64,000 bases of DNA from an uncultured Pseudobdellovibrionaceae bacterium (lineage in GTDB: Bacteria; Bdellovibrionota; FAC87; UBA2466), in the NCBI GenBank assembly GCA_964492125.1, contig CAZBJE010000003.1, positions 27,788 through 91,787 of the forward strand, in the 5' to 3' direction. Under the pieces are notes generated by a model. That model saw only the letters and a list, made by a program, of their open reading frames with translations. It ran no database searches and was not told the DNA's origin. A program made the translations under genes and the position numbers. This document shows positions 9,868-19,473 of the stretch, piece after piece (within the stretch, counting starts at the first letter, position 1; each line of letters starts with the position of its first letter).

Positions 9868-10451
9868 GTGTCCATCCAACGGTAGCCGAGTTCCTGGAGC
9901 ATTCCACCCAACCAAAGCAAGGGTAAGCCTTGGATGGCGGTGGGGTCTTGGGTTTCGACCCGTTCGAAAAGGCCCATTCCGTGGGACTCGAACTTATAGG
10001 AACCGCAGCAATCCAGCGGTTTGTCTTTCAAGACATAGCGCAGAATCATTTGATCATCGAGCTCGCGCGCCGTAAGGCGGCTGATATCGGTGTATTTGAA
10101 TTCCTTGTCCCGCGTCCAGACTGCGACGGACGTAATCAACGAGTGGGTTTTACCCGACAGCGCGCGCAGCTGAAGCTGGGCGTTCTCGGTAGAGCCGGGT
10201 TTGTACATGACCTTCCCGTCGATCTTTAAAACCTGATCCGCTCCAATCACCACGGCGCTTTGAACGCGCTGCCCGATGCTACGCGCTTTTTCCAGCGCGA
10301 GCGATTCAGTCAGCATGGTGGCCGGAAGGCCCTTCTGCTTCCAGGCATTTTCATCGACCTGGGGAGCGGAGACCTCAAAGGGAAAACCCAGACGCTCCAG
10401 AGTTTGTTTGCGGGATACCGAAGTACTTGCGAGAATGAGTGGACGTGCCAT
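9864..10451 (-). CDS. maf: Maf-family nucleoside triphosphate pyrophosphatase.
   Basis: LILASTSVSRKQTLERLGFPFEV N-terminus typical of Maf. Confidence 0.85.
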   Translation of the reverse strand: MARPLILASTSVSRKQTLERLGFPFEVSAPQVDENAWKQKGLPATMLTESLALEKARSIGQRVQSAVVIGADQVLKIDGKVMYKPGSTENAQLQLRALSGKTHSLITSVAVWTRDKEFKYTDISRLTARELDDQMILRYVLKDKPLDCCGSYKFESHGMGLFERVETQDPTAIQGLPLLWLGGMLQELGYRWMDT

Positions 10452-10506
10452 CGCGCTACCCTAGGTTTGCGGGGTCATGCGTGTCAATCGCGGTGTAGGG
10501 AATCTG

Positions 10507-11946
10507 ATGACCTTTAAGAGCCTTGTCCAATGCGTGTCTTGCGTGGTCCTTCTTGTTTTTCCAGGGGGATGTGCAAGCAGTGGACCGCAACGTTCCCGAA
10601 GTTTTTTCCAGGCCCTGGAAATGGCCCGTGCGGGCCAGGTGGACCAGGCTAGGGAAGCCTTCCGCTCCGCGTGCTCCCAAAACAGCACGGCCGCCTGTTT
10701 TCGCACTGGACGGGAAGTCCGGATCGACGCTCCCTTGGGCATTCTTCAAGGGGCCACGAGCGACACGGCCACCGAGGTCATCGTCCTCACCGAAGGCAAG
10801 ACGGTCACTCCCCAGGTTTTTCTTTTTGATCAGAATCAGGACCTTTTCATAGACTCGCTCACCCAAACAGTGGTGGAGCTGCCTGGAGGCTGGGGCAAGC
10901 TTACCCAGGTGCGCTACGAAGGCTTGGTGGCAGGAGTGAAGTACCAGCTCCTGGTGGTGGGTGCGGCGGGAGAGCTCTTAGATGGACGCGAGCTGCAGAC
11001 GTTAGACATCACGAAGAAACGGGTGAATTTTGCCGTGGCCTCATGCATGGACAACCGCCACCCACAGCAAAAGCAAATGTGGACCGAACTGGTGGGCCAT
11101 GAACCCGAGATGATTTTTTTGATCGGCGATAACGTTTACGCCGACACCGAAGTGGCCAAATCCACGCCCGCGCCGCCCGATACTGTTTGGAAACGGTACT
11201 TTGAGACCCGACGCGATTTGCAGCTCTTCAAGGCACGCCGTTTGATTCCAGTGTTCGCTGTTTGGGATGATCACGATTTCGGCCAGAATGATGGAGACCG
11301 TACCTACCCCTATCGGGCGGAGAGCCGCAAAATCTTTCATGCTTTTTTTGGCAGCGCGGAATACCCAGGGGTTTTTGACCGCGGGCCCGGTGTGGCCAGT
11401 CGTTTGAACGCCTTTGGTCAGCGTTTTTTCTTTTTGGACGACCGCACTTTTCGCTCTCCCGCAGGGGATCGCGGGGGGCAAACCCACTTTGGCGTGGACC
11501 AGGAGTCGTGGCTCTTTACGGATCTTTTTACCGCAACCCCTGTCTGGTTAATCAGTGGCGATCAGTTTTTTGGCGCGTACCATAAATATGAGTCCTATGA
11601 AGGGCGCCACCCAGATAGTTTCGCGCGCTTTGTTCGCCGCCTTAAGTCGCAATCGTCACCCGTCGTGTTTCTCTCAGGGGATCGGCACTTAAGCGAGGTA
11701 ATGGAAATACCGGCGGATGTTTTGGGGTACCGCAGCTTTGAGATCACCTCGAGCGCGATCCATGCTGAGGTCTACCCTAACCCTTGGACTCAAACGCCCA
11801 ACCCGCGCCAAATTGAAGGGGTGGCTAGTATCAACAACTACGCTTTCATCGAGGCAGAAGCGGCGGGTGCCTTGCAGCTTTCCGTGAAAGCGTTCGGGCC
11901 CGATAATCGCCGGCTCTTTTCCCGCAATGTGGAGATCCGCAAGTGA
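10507..11946 (+). CDS. PhoD-like metallophosphatase (alkaline phosphatase D family), secreted.
   Basis: VFAVWDDHDFGQNDGD motif. Hydrophobic N-terminus. AGGGAA RBS before the ATG at 10507. Confidence 0.7.
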   Translation: MTFKSLVQCVSCVVLLVFPGGCASSGPQRSRSFFQALEMARAGQVDQAREAFRSACSQNSTAACFRTGREVRIDAPLGILQGATSDTATEVIVLTEGKTVTPQVFLFDQNQDLFIDSLTQTVVELPGGWGKLTQVRYEGLVAGVKYQLLVVGAAGELLDGRELQTLDITKKRVNFAVASCMDNRHPQQKQMWTELVGHEPEMIFLIGDNVYADTEVAKSTPAPPDTVWKRYFETRRDLQLFKARRLIPVFAVWDDHDFGQNDGDRTYPYRAESRKIFHAFFGSAEYPGVFDRGPGVASRLNAFGQRFFFLDDRTFRSPAGDRGGQTHFGVDQESWLFTDLFTATPVWLISGDQFFGAYHKYESYEGRHPDSFARFVRRLKSQSSPVVFLSGDRHLSEVMEIPADVLGYRSFEITSSAIHAEVYPNPWTQTPNPRQIEGVASINNYAFIEAEAAGALQLSVKAFGPDNRRLFSRNVEIRK

Positions 11947-13223
11947 GGCCCGCGCCACGGCGGGCGTTGGTGGGTTGGTGTCTGTTTGACGTCGCCAATT
12001 CTGCGTACACCACCATTATCATCACCGTCGCTTTCAATGTGATCTTCACTAAACTCATCGTGGGATCGCAAACTGAAGGCGGGCTGTCCCACGGCAATGC
12101 GCTCTGGGCCTGGACTTTGGCTGCCTCTTGGTTGGTAGTGGCTTTCGCCGGTCCGCTCCTGGGTTCGATCTCCGATTCCAGGGGGTGGCGCAAACCGTTG
12201 TTGGCCACGAGCGTTTTGCTTTGTTGTCTAGCTTCCAGTGGCCTCTATTTTGTTTCTCCCGGGGAGGTTGGGCTCGCGGTGGTCCTTATTCTGTTTTCCA
12301 ATATGGGGTACTCCCTATCGGAAAATTTTATTTCTGCTTTTTTACCGTCGGTAGCAAAGCCCGAAGATATGGGGCGGGTGAGTGGGTTGGCTTGGGGCTT
12401 AGGGTATTTTGGCGGGCTAGGGTCTATTTTAATTTGCCAGGTCGTGACGGGGTTAGACTATGCGCCCGACAATTTTGATCGTTTACGCTGGGTAGGGCCG
12501 CTCACTGCCGGGTTTTTCCTGATGGGTTCCTTGCCCGCTTTGCTTTGGTTGCGAGAACCCGCGCGCGTCCCCCATCCCGCTCAATCTCTAGGCAAGATCC
12601 GCGACACTCTGGATCGGTTGCGGGCGCTGCCGGATTTAGCTCGGCTTCTTGTTTCGTCTTTCTTTTTTCAAGGTGGCCTTGCGATCGTAATCAGCTTTGC
12701 TGCTATTTACGGCGAGCAAGAAGTAGGACTAACCGGAGGGTGGCAAGCGGCGCTTTTTATTTCGCTCCAGCTCACCGCAGCGGGTGGAGCGTTTTTCTTT
12801 GGTTGGCTGCAAAGCCGCTGGTCAGGGTTAAAGACTCTGGATGTGACGCTCTACATCTGGCTGCTGACCATCTTGCTCATCTATGAGATCCGTCCGCTGG
12901 CGGATCTTCTAGGGCTAGCGGACTTGCGGCTTCTTTTTCTGGTCGTAGGAAATCTTGCTGGTCTTTGCTTAGGTGCCACTCAATCCGTGGCACGTGCATT
13001 GGTGGGGCAGATGGCGCCGCCCGAGCGCTCGGGCGAAGTCTTTGGCTTGTGGGGCTTTTCGGGAAAGCTCGCGATGGTTTTTTCGTTGTTCGTCTTTGGT
13101 GGCTTGCAGAAATGGGTTGGGCTGCGCCACTCGCTGCTTTTCTGTGCGGTGCTTTTTGTCGTCAGTCTGTGGTTACACCGGGCGATTCGGGAGCGGGCAC
13201 GCCCTCTGGCTGCACGGGGCTGA
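11943..13223 (+). CDS. MFS transporter (UMF1 / Atg22-like subfamily).
   Basis: CLFDVANSAYTTIIITVAFNVIF signature. 12 predicted TM segments. Confidence 0.7.
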   Translation: MRPAPRRALVGWCLFDVANSAYTTIIITVAFNVIFTKLIVGSQTEGGLSHGNALWAWTLAASWLVVAFAGPLLGSISDSRGWRKPLLATSVLLCCLASSGLYFVSPGEVGLAVVLILFSNMGYSLSENFISAFLPSVAKPEDMGRVSGLAWGLGYFGGLGSILICQVVTGLDYAPDNFDRLRWVGPLTAGFFLMGSLPALLWLREPARVPHPAQSLGKIRDTLDRLRALPDLARLLVSSFFFQGGLAIVISFAAIYGEQEVGLTGGWQAALFISLQLTAAGGAFFFGWLQSRWSGLKTLDVTLYIWLLTILLIYEIRPLADLLGLADLRLLFLVVGNLAGLCLGATQSVARALVGQMAPPERSGEVFGLWGFSGKLAMVFSLFVFGGLQKWVGLRHSLLFCAVLFVVSLWLHRAIRERARPLAARG

Positions 13224-14919
13224 TATTTTCGTCTGTCCAGGTTTCGCTCGTCTTGACTGCTTCATCCGCAGTGGAAGATTTGATCGAGCGTACGCCGCGC
13301 GGTTCTTCTACTTTTGCCAACTGTCCGCTGGTTAGTGAAGCAAGCGTGGCGCCAGCGTTTTCGCCGTACAGGCGGCGATACCAGAAATAGTTCGATAGGA
13401 CGAACCCCACATAGTCGCGTGTCTCCCGGTAGGGAATTAAATCGATAAAAAGAAGCAAGTCGGTCGTCGGGTAGCGTTGGGTCCACGTGGCGACCGTGGC
13501 CTCTCCAGCGTTGTAGCTGGCGATCATCAGCGGTAGCTGCCCCTTCATGGTTTCGCGCAGCTCCGCCATATAACGGGCCGCGAGTTCGGCATTGGTGCGG
13601 GGGTCGAAGAGATCGATGTTAGCGGCGGAACTCAGCCGCTTAGCGGTATCGGGGTTGAGCTGCAGCAGGCCTTGGGCGTTGGCGGGGGACACAGCCTTGG
13701 GGTTCATCGTGCTTTCCTTGCGAGCAATGGAAAGCAGCAAGAACGGATCTACCTGGCTACTAAATTCTTTAAAAAGCTCCACGTAACTTTGCGGGTAAGC
13801 GAGCCGCAAGAAAGTGGCATTGCGCATGGCTGGCTTGGTCACTAGTAAAGTTTGTAAGGTGCGGATCTGTGTGGGGGCGTCGCCGAGAGTGGAAATATAC
13901 GCCCGCACCAGCGGCTCCCGTGGGGTGTAGGCGGTGAGCGCCCAGTTTGCCATTTTGGACGCCGAAGCCGAAAACGCCATTTCGCGCAGACGCTCTGCTT
14001 GTTCGATAATCGGGTTCACGCTGGGGTTGAGCGTAGAGCGTGCAGGCAGCGTCGTGTTGTCGTTGGCTACCGTCATTGGGTCGGTTTTCTCCTCCGCTTG
14101 AATCATCAGAGCGTGGAAGGAAAGGGGGAGTTGGCTTTTGAGACGAGCCAACGTCTTTTTAGCAGCAGCGGCTTTGCCTAGCTGCAGGCGCGTTCGGTAG
14201 AGCCAGTAGAGTGAGCGACCGGAAAAGGCGTCGACCGGATCGACTCGCAGCAAGAGTTTTTCTGCCGCAGCATATTTTTTCTCTAGGTACAGGAAGAGCG
14301 CGGCACGAGTCAGAAAGTGTTCGTGGTTGGGAGTGCGGCGTCGCGTGCACCGGGCCCCCTTTTCGTATAGCTCGGCGATGCGGACCGACAGGTTTTCAAA
14401 CGGGAGGTGCATCTCCAGCAGGGCTGCAGTGGATACGGCGATATTATTCGGGCACTCCTTGCGTTTGACGGCGAATGCACCTGTTGTTTTCAGCTCGTCC
14501 AGCGAGAACGAGCGCATCCCGGATAACAATGATTTCAAATTGGCCTTTTGCATTTTGGGCCAATCTTTGACTTTTTTGCCGACGAGTACGGGAGTGATGG
14601 CTTCCGGCTTTTGGCGCAAATGAGTTTGGGAGGCTTTTTCATCGCGTTCCAGAAAGCCACGTAGCTTCTTCTCTCTATTGAGGCTGAAGCAAAAAATATC
14701 GTCTTGGGACTGTCGGCATTCTCGCTGGTACGCTTGCCTCTCTTCCGGGGACAGCGTGTTTTGTAAGTAGGCATCGAAGCGTTTGGCTTGTAGGTACCGC
14801 GGGGTATCTTTTACCGCTTCTGACACACCGAGTAGGTCTTGGTCCCCGGTGCGCGGGTTCAAGCAAGCAGTCAGACCGAAACACAGTGCTATCGCCGTAA
14901 TCGTGAAGCGGATTGTCAT
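13162..14919 (-). CDS. Soluble lytic murein transglycosylase (Slt family) lipoprotein.
   Basis: Lipobox CFGLTAC. Superhelical N-terminal region. C-terminal SLT motif ESTMNPKAVSPANAQGLLQL. Confidence 0.75.
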   Translation of the reverse strand: MTIRFTITAIALCFGLTACLNPRTGDQDLLGVSEAVKDTPRYLQAKRFDAYLQNTLSPEERQAYQRECRQSQDDIFCFSLNREKKLRGFLERDEKASQTHLRQKPEAITPVLVGKKVKDWPKMQKANLKSLLSGMRSFSLDELKTTGAFAVKRKECPNNIAVSTAALLEMHLPFENLSVRIAELYEKGARCTRRRTPNHEHFLTRAALFLYLEKKYAAAEKLLLRVDPVDAFSGRSLYWLYRTRLQLGKAAAAKKTLARLKSQLPLSFHALMIQAEEKTDPMTVANDNTTLPARSTLNPSVNPIIEQAERLREMAFSASASKMANWALTAYTPREPLVRAYISTLGDAPTQIRTLQTLLVTKPAMRNATFLRLAYPQSYVELFKEFSSQVDPFLLLSIARKESTMNPKAVSPANAQGLLQLNPDTAKRLSSAANIDLFDPRTNAELAARYMAELRETMKGQLPLMIASYNAGEATVATWTQRYPTTDLLLFIDLIPYRETRDYVGFVLSNYFWYRRLYGENAGATLASLTSGQLAKVEEPRGVRSIKSSTADEAVKTSETWTDENISPVQPEGVPAPESPGVTTD

Positions 14920-14997
14920 GTTTTGATTGCCCGGGAGTGACCAAGAGTGTTTTTACAAGTATAGGTTACAACAAAGCTGTTTGCGAGGAGCGGGTTA

Positions 14998-15645
14998 ATG
15001 GTTTTCGACTTGGACCCTTTGGGGATTTCGGCGGGTACGGTTTTTTGTGTGGGGCGCAATTACGCCGCTCACGCCAAGGAGCTGGGCAATAGCGTACCGA
15101 CCGAGCCTGTGGTCTTTCTCAAACCCGCTAGTGCGTTGATGCATTCAGGTGGCACGATTATCAAACCCAGCGCGAGTAACCGAGTTGATCACGAAGTCGA
15201 AGTCGTGGTGGCTCTGGCCCGCGGAGGCCGCAATATTTCGGTGGAGCAAGCTCTCGATTGTGTGGCGGGGTATGCCGTGGGGATCGACGTTACTGCCCGC
15301 GATTTGCAAGAAGTCGCCAAAAAGAAGGCGCTGCCTTGGGCGGTTTCTAAGGGGTTCGACACATTTGCGCCAGTAAGCGATTTTGTTTCTCGGGCGCAGC
15401 TGGGCGATGGCCCCCTCGAAATCTCTTTAACGGTGAATGGGGCATTGCGCCAAAAGGGGAGTACGACCCAAATGCTTTTTCCTATCCCACAGCTGATTGC
15501 CTATCTATCGACGGTATTTACCCTGCATCGGGGCGACTTGATTTTTACCGGTACGCCAGAAGGAGTGGCTCCTCTGCAGGCGGGAGATGTGTGCGTGGCC
15601 ACCCTTCAAGCCGATCGGGCGCGGTTGGAAGTAACGGTTCAGTAG
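14998..15645 (+). CDS. Fumarylacetoacetate hydrolase (FAH) family protein (YcgM-like).
   Basis: FCVGRNYAAHAKELG and the FAH fold motifs. Confidence 0.8.
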   Translation: MVFDLDPLGISAGTVFCVGRNYAAHAKELGNSVPTEPVVFLKPASALMHSGGTIIKPSASNRVDHEVEVVVALARGGRNISVEQALDCVAGYAVGIDVTARDLQEVAKKKALPWAVSKGFDTFAPVSDFVSRAQLGDGPLEISLTVNGALRQKGSTTQMLFPIPQLIAYLSTVFTLHRGDLIFTGTPEGVAPLQAGDVCVATLQADRARLEVTVQ

Positions 15646-16850
15646 TGGCCGGCACCTCGCTCAGTCGGCGCGCGGAATGGAGTTTGTTGCTCTGTTTGGC
15701 GGCCATCCAATTCACCCACATCACCGACTTTGTCATCCTGATGCCGTTGGGCCCGCAGTTTCTTCGGGCTTTTCAGATCACGCCCGGTCAATTCAGTTTG
15801 TTGGTCTCGGCTTATACCGTGAGTGCGGCGGTCTTTAGTTTAGGAGCCACTTTTTTCCTAGATCGCTGGGACCGCAAGACGGCTTTGTTGGGGATATACG
15901 CGGGCTTCGTTTTAGCCACATGTCTTTGTGGTTTATCCCAAACCTACCTGCAGCTCCTCGTCGCCCGCACCGCAGCCGGGGCCTTTGGGGGGACCGTCAA
16001 CGCCCTTTCCTTTGCGATTGTCGGCGATTTAATACCGCAGGAGCGACGCGGCCGGGCCATTGGCGTTTTGATGGCAGCGTTTTCTGCGGCAACCGTCGCT
16101 GGTGTGCCCTTGGGGATTGTGGTGGCCGCCCATTTCGGCTGGCATTGGGTTTTTCTCGGTATCGGGCTGGCGGGCATGGGGTTGCTTGCCCTGGGCGCGT
16201 GGCGGATTCCGTCGATAAGAGGCCATCTTGGGGTAGCCCGACTTCAATCCCGCTGGGGCGAGTGGCAAAGTATTTTTTCTTCCGGTTTGCGGGTTCGTGG
16301 CCTGCTTCTTATTTCGTGCGTGATGGGGGCTGGATTTTTAATTATTCCCTTTCTTAGTCCATCGCTTGTGGCGAACGTGGGCGTGCGCGAGACGGACCTG
16401 AGTTTGTTCTATTTCGTGGGCGGGGTTTGCACTCTGTTCACTTCGCAATGGATTGGCTGGGCGACGGATCGCTGGGGGGCTCACACCGTGTTTCAAGGGT
16501 TGGCCACGTTCAGTGTCGTGCCTATCCTTTTAATGACCCACTTACCCCCGCTGGCTTTGTGGCAGGTGCTTCCGATTAGTTCGTTGTTTATGATTTCGGT
16601 TTCCGGACGTATGGTTCCCACAATGGCCATTTTGACCTCGTTGGTCCCCAGTTCTGAACGCGGCGGCTATATGGGCCTGGTTACTTTCTTTCAACAACTC
16701 TCGATGGGTGTTGCGAGCTTTACAGCCGGTAACTTGGTAACGATGGGCCCCGGCGGGCATTTAGAGGGCTACGCCCGTTGCGGGTTCTTTGCGGTGGGGC
16801 TGACCGCCATTGCTCTAACCCTAAAATTTCCCAAACCGAAGTCGCGCTAG
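15645..16850 (+). CDS. MFS transporter.
   Basis: 12-TM profile and the GxLxDRxGRK-like loop (LDRWDRKT). Probable GTG start overlapping the FAH stop by 1 nt; the upstream in-frame extension overlaps FAH. Confidence 0.65.
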   Translation: MAGTSLSRRAEWSLLLCLAAIQFTHITDFVILMPLGPQFLRAFQITPGQFSLLVSAYTVSAAVFSLGATFFLDRWDRKTALLGIYAGFVLATCLCGLSQTYLQLLVARTAAGAFGGTVNALSFAIVGDLIPQERRGRAIGVLMAAFSAATVAGVPLGIVVAAHFGWHWVFLGIGLAGMGLLALGAWRIPSIRGHLGVARLQSRWGEWQSIFSSGLRVRGLLLISCVMGAGFLIIPFLSPSLVANVGVRETDLSLFYFVGGVCTLFTSQWIGWATDRWGAHTVFQGLATFSVVPILLMTHLPPLALWQVLPISSLFMISVSGRMVPTMAILTSLVPSSERGGYMGLVTFFQQLSMGVASFTAGNLVTMGPGGHLEGYARCGFFAVGLTAIALTLKFPKPKSR

Positions 16851-16851
16851 T

Positions 16852-18435
16852 TTAGAAGCGGTAGTCGAGCCCGACCCCGCCCACCAACCGCACATACCGA
16901 TAGATTTCCGTGATGTTGGAATTATTGCTGATGTAGTTGAGTTCCGAAATCAGGTGGAGATCTTTGCTGATCAGGTAGTCGAACTGGCCGCCAAGCGATA
17001 GTGGTGTGTCGTAGCGGGCGCCGGAGGGGCGATCACGGTATTCCTGGTAGCCGGCAGATGCGCGCACAGTCAAAACCGCCGCCTTGGAAAAAACAAACGC
17101 GTTGTTTAGTCCAATCACCAAGCCTTCGTTGCGGTATTCCGTGCCATTGGTTCGCAGTACCAATAAGTCCAAATCTATCGACGGATTTAAAAAGCTCGAT
17201 TGCGAAAGATAAGACAACTGATTTCGCAAATGCCATTCGAAACCGGTCTTAGCCAGTGAGGGATCCAGTCCCACATCTGTGAAGAACTGCTGGGGGGTAA
17301 GACTCAGTTCCGCCGTCCAGCGCCAGCTGGTCCAGTTGCGACGCACAAAGGGCGCGATTGGAATACCAAGGCTCTGGGGTTTTAATGCGCCGTCGGTACT
17401 TTGGCTGGTGTCATTGCGAAAGATGTACGTAGCGCCGGTGCGTAAGCCATAGGAAAAAGAGCTCTTCGCTTGGAAGGTGTACGCCACCGTCGCATCGTTG
17501 ATAAAAAATTGGCCGGCATGGGCGGCGGGATTGAAATTGTAATTGATGGAACCCCGCAGAGCGGCAGTCAAGCTATCGCCGCCCAGGGGCAAATCGTAGC
17601 CGATGCCATAGCGGACCGTTTCCATCAAGGTCGGGTTGCCCGACGCGCCAATATTCACAATCGCGTTGAGCAAAACGTTGCTGTCATACGAGGAGATGGC
17701 CGCGATATTGGCAAAGAAATTGGATTGGGGGGAAGCCTCCTCCGAGTCTTTCCCAGCGCCATCTATACGCGCAATGAGTGCGCGTGCGGTGCTGGCGGAG
17801 GCGGCGGAAACGTCGGGCGAAGCCAGTATCGACTGGGCTACCTTGCGGGCTTCCTGCCAATAAATGCCGGCTTCCTTGTCGGAGTCGCTGCGTTTGGCGA
17901 TGACCCCTAGGTAGTAATAGGCGGATGCACGCAGCATCGGCGAATTCCCCCGAGCTACCGCGCGAAAATAATTCTCAGCCTCTGTAGCGTTGTCTTCGCC
18001 CAGTGCGATCACGCCCAAAAAGTACCGCGCCGGAGTGGTATTAAAATCGGCCTTGATGGAATTGGTTAGTAACGGTTTAGCCAGTTCCGGGCGTTTGAGG
18101 TCGACTAGCAGTACGCCGGCTTGGAAATCATAGGTCGCAGACTGGGTGGCCGGTAATTTATTTTTGGCGGCAATAGCTCTGAGCAAAGAGAAGACAGCGA
18201 GCGAATCTTCGCTACGGCCTTGGTCTTTGAAGACCAGGCCTTTTAGTTCCAGCGCTTTCAAGTCCTCGGGGGCTTCTTTGATGACCGCCTCCAAAAGCCG
18301 TAGAGCCTCGGGAAGTTGGTTTTTTTGGTAGGCAACCACGGCTTCGGTGTAATTGAGTTCGAGTTGCGAACCTGCATACGCCGGGGCTAAGGCTGACGTC
18401 AGAAGCCAAGCAATCCAAATTTTTGTCATCGCCAA
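16852..18435 (-). CDS. Outer-membrane protein with an N-terminal TPR domain and a C-terminal beta-barrel-like domain ending in Phe.
   Basis: Signal peptide, TPR-like helical repeats, then alternating-hydrophobic strands. Terminal ...GLDYRF. Confidence 0.5.
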   Translation of the reverse strand: MAMTKIWIAWLLTSALAPAYAGSQLELNYTEAVVAYQKNQLPEALRLLEAVIKEAPEDLKALELKGLVFKDQGRSEDSLAVFSLLRAIAAKNKLPATQSATYDFQAGVLLVDLKRPELAKPLLTNSIKADFNTTPARYFLGVIALGEDNATEAENYFRAVARGNSPMLRASAYYYLGVIAKRSDSDKEAGIYWQEARKVAQSILASPDVSAASASTARALIARIDGAGKDSEEASPQSNFFANIAAISSYDSNVLLNAIVNIGASGNPTLMETVRYGIGYDLPLGGDSLTAALRGSINYNFNPAAHAGQFFINDATVAYTFQAKSSFSYGLRTGATYIFRNDTSQSTDGALKPQSLGIPIAPFVRRNWTSWRWTAELSLTPQQFFTDVGLDPSLAKTGFEWHLRNQLSYLSQSSFLNPSIDLDLLVLRTNGTEYRNEGLVIGLNNAFVFSKAAVLTVRASAGYQEYRDRPSGARYDTPLSLGGQFDYLISKDLHLISELNYISNNSNITEIYRYVRLVGGVGLDYRF

Positions 18436-18542
18436 TTATTCTATTTCACTGCAAGCAATTGACAACCTAGATCGTTGGTCACAACACACCACGTCACAAT
18501 GATGGGCTGGTCATCTTCCTCGGCAATCGATATCGTATTGGA

Positions 18543-19433
18543 ATGCGAACTCTCATTTTGGCTTCGATTTTGTTTAGCAACAATGTCGTACACGGTGCTT
18601 CCCCCGCTGCCCGCGCGGTGAGTGTCACTGGTGAGGTGAAGGTGGGTAATCGAGACGTAAGGGTAGGGGACGAGATACCGGCAGGGCAGATGATTCGCAC
18701 GGGCCCCACCGGCGCCGCAAAATTATTACTGGCGGACAAAAGCATAGTGGATCTGGCCAAAGACACCGCGTTCACCATTGAATCTTCCGTACAAGACGTT
18801 GGATCGTCGACAAAACTGGACTTTGGCATGGTCCGCAGCTCCATCCAGAAAAAGATGGAGAAAAAAATTAAGTTTCAAATGCGAACCAAAACCGCGGTTT
18901 TGGCTGTTCGAGGAACGGAATTCATCGTCCGCTCGGGCGGGTCGGGCCAGAAGGTGGCGGATCAAATTACAGTGCGCGACGGGCAAGTGGCCGTGGGACA
19001 AGGCGGTGGTATTGCTGCGCGCATGCTCAATCCGGGCGATCAACTTTCTACTGTGGGTCGTTTCGTAAACAATCAAGTGCAGATCGACACCCGCCAGACC
19101 ACCGTGACGCAAATCAAACCCGAAGCGATGGCGGCGATCACCAATCAGGCGACAGTCCCAGACACCACCTTCATTCAACGCATCGAAGTTCCCGCTAACG
19201 GCAACGGCAACGGGATGAAAGGTGCCGGAGATGGCACGCTGGCCATCGCCGCCGCCAAAGTCGTACAAGATGTGGGCAATGGCCGCAACCCGGCTAGCCA
19301 AACCGAGGGGGGTAAGCCGCATCCGCCGCCGCCCCCACCCAATCCGATTGGATCGTTAAATAATATCGACGGCAGCGCCGCGCAGAATAAAATTGTTTCA
19401 GGCATAGCTCTGCGCGTTAATTTTCAGCCCTAG
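18543..19433 (+). CDS. FecR-domain protein (periplasmic, sigma/sensor-regulator-like).
   Basis: Signal peptide, then GEVKVGNRDVRVGDEIPAGQMIRTGPTGAAKLLLADKSIVDLAKDTAFTI, a FecR-domain pattern. Confidence 0.6.
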   Translation: MRTLILASILFSNNVVHGASPAARAVSVTGEVKVGNRDVRVGDEIPAGQMIRTGPTGAAKLLLADKSIVDLAKDTAFTIESSVQDVGSSTKLDFGMVRSSIQKKMEKKIKFQMRTKTAVLAVRGTEFIVRSGGSGQKVADQITVRDGQVAVGQGGGIAARMLNPGDQLSTVGRFVNNQVQIDTRQTTVTQIKPEAMAAITNQATVPDTTFIQRIEVPANGNGNGMKGAGDGTLAIAAAKVVQDVGNGRNPASQTEGGKPHPPPPPPNPIGSLNNIDGSAAQNKIVSGIALRVNFQP

Positions 19434-19473
19434 CTGCTTTCATATTTCGCTGCGAAATTGCCGATAAGCGTTT

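Noticed and set aside
13162-13223. 62-nt convergent overlap between the MFS transporter 3' end and the Slt gene 3' end
   Set aside because: Probably a genuine tail-to-tail overlap or slight over-extension of one ORF. I see no functional signal, and it is unremarkable in compact high-GC genomes.
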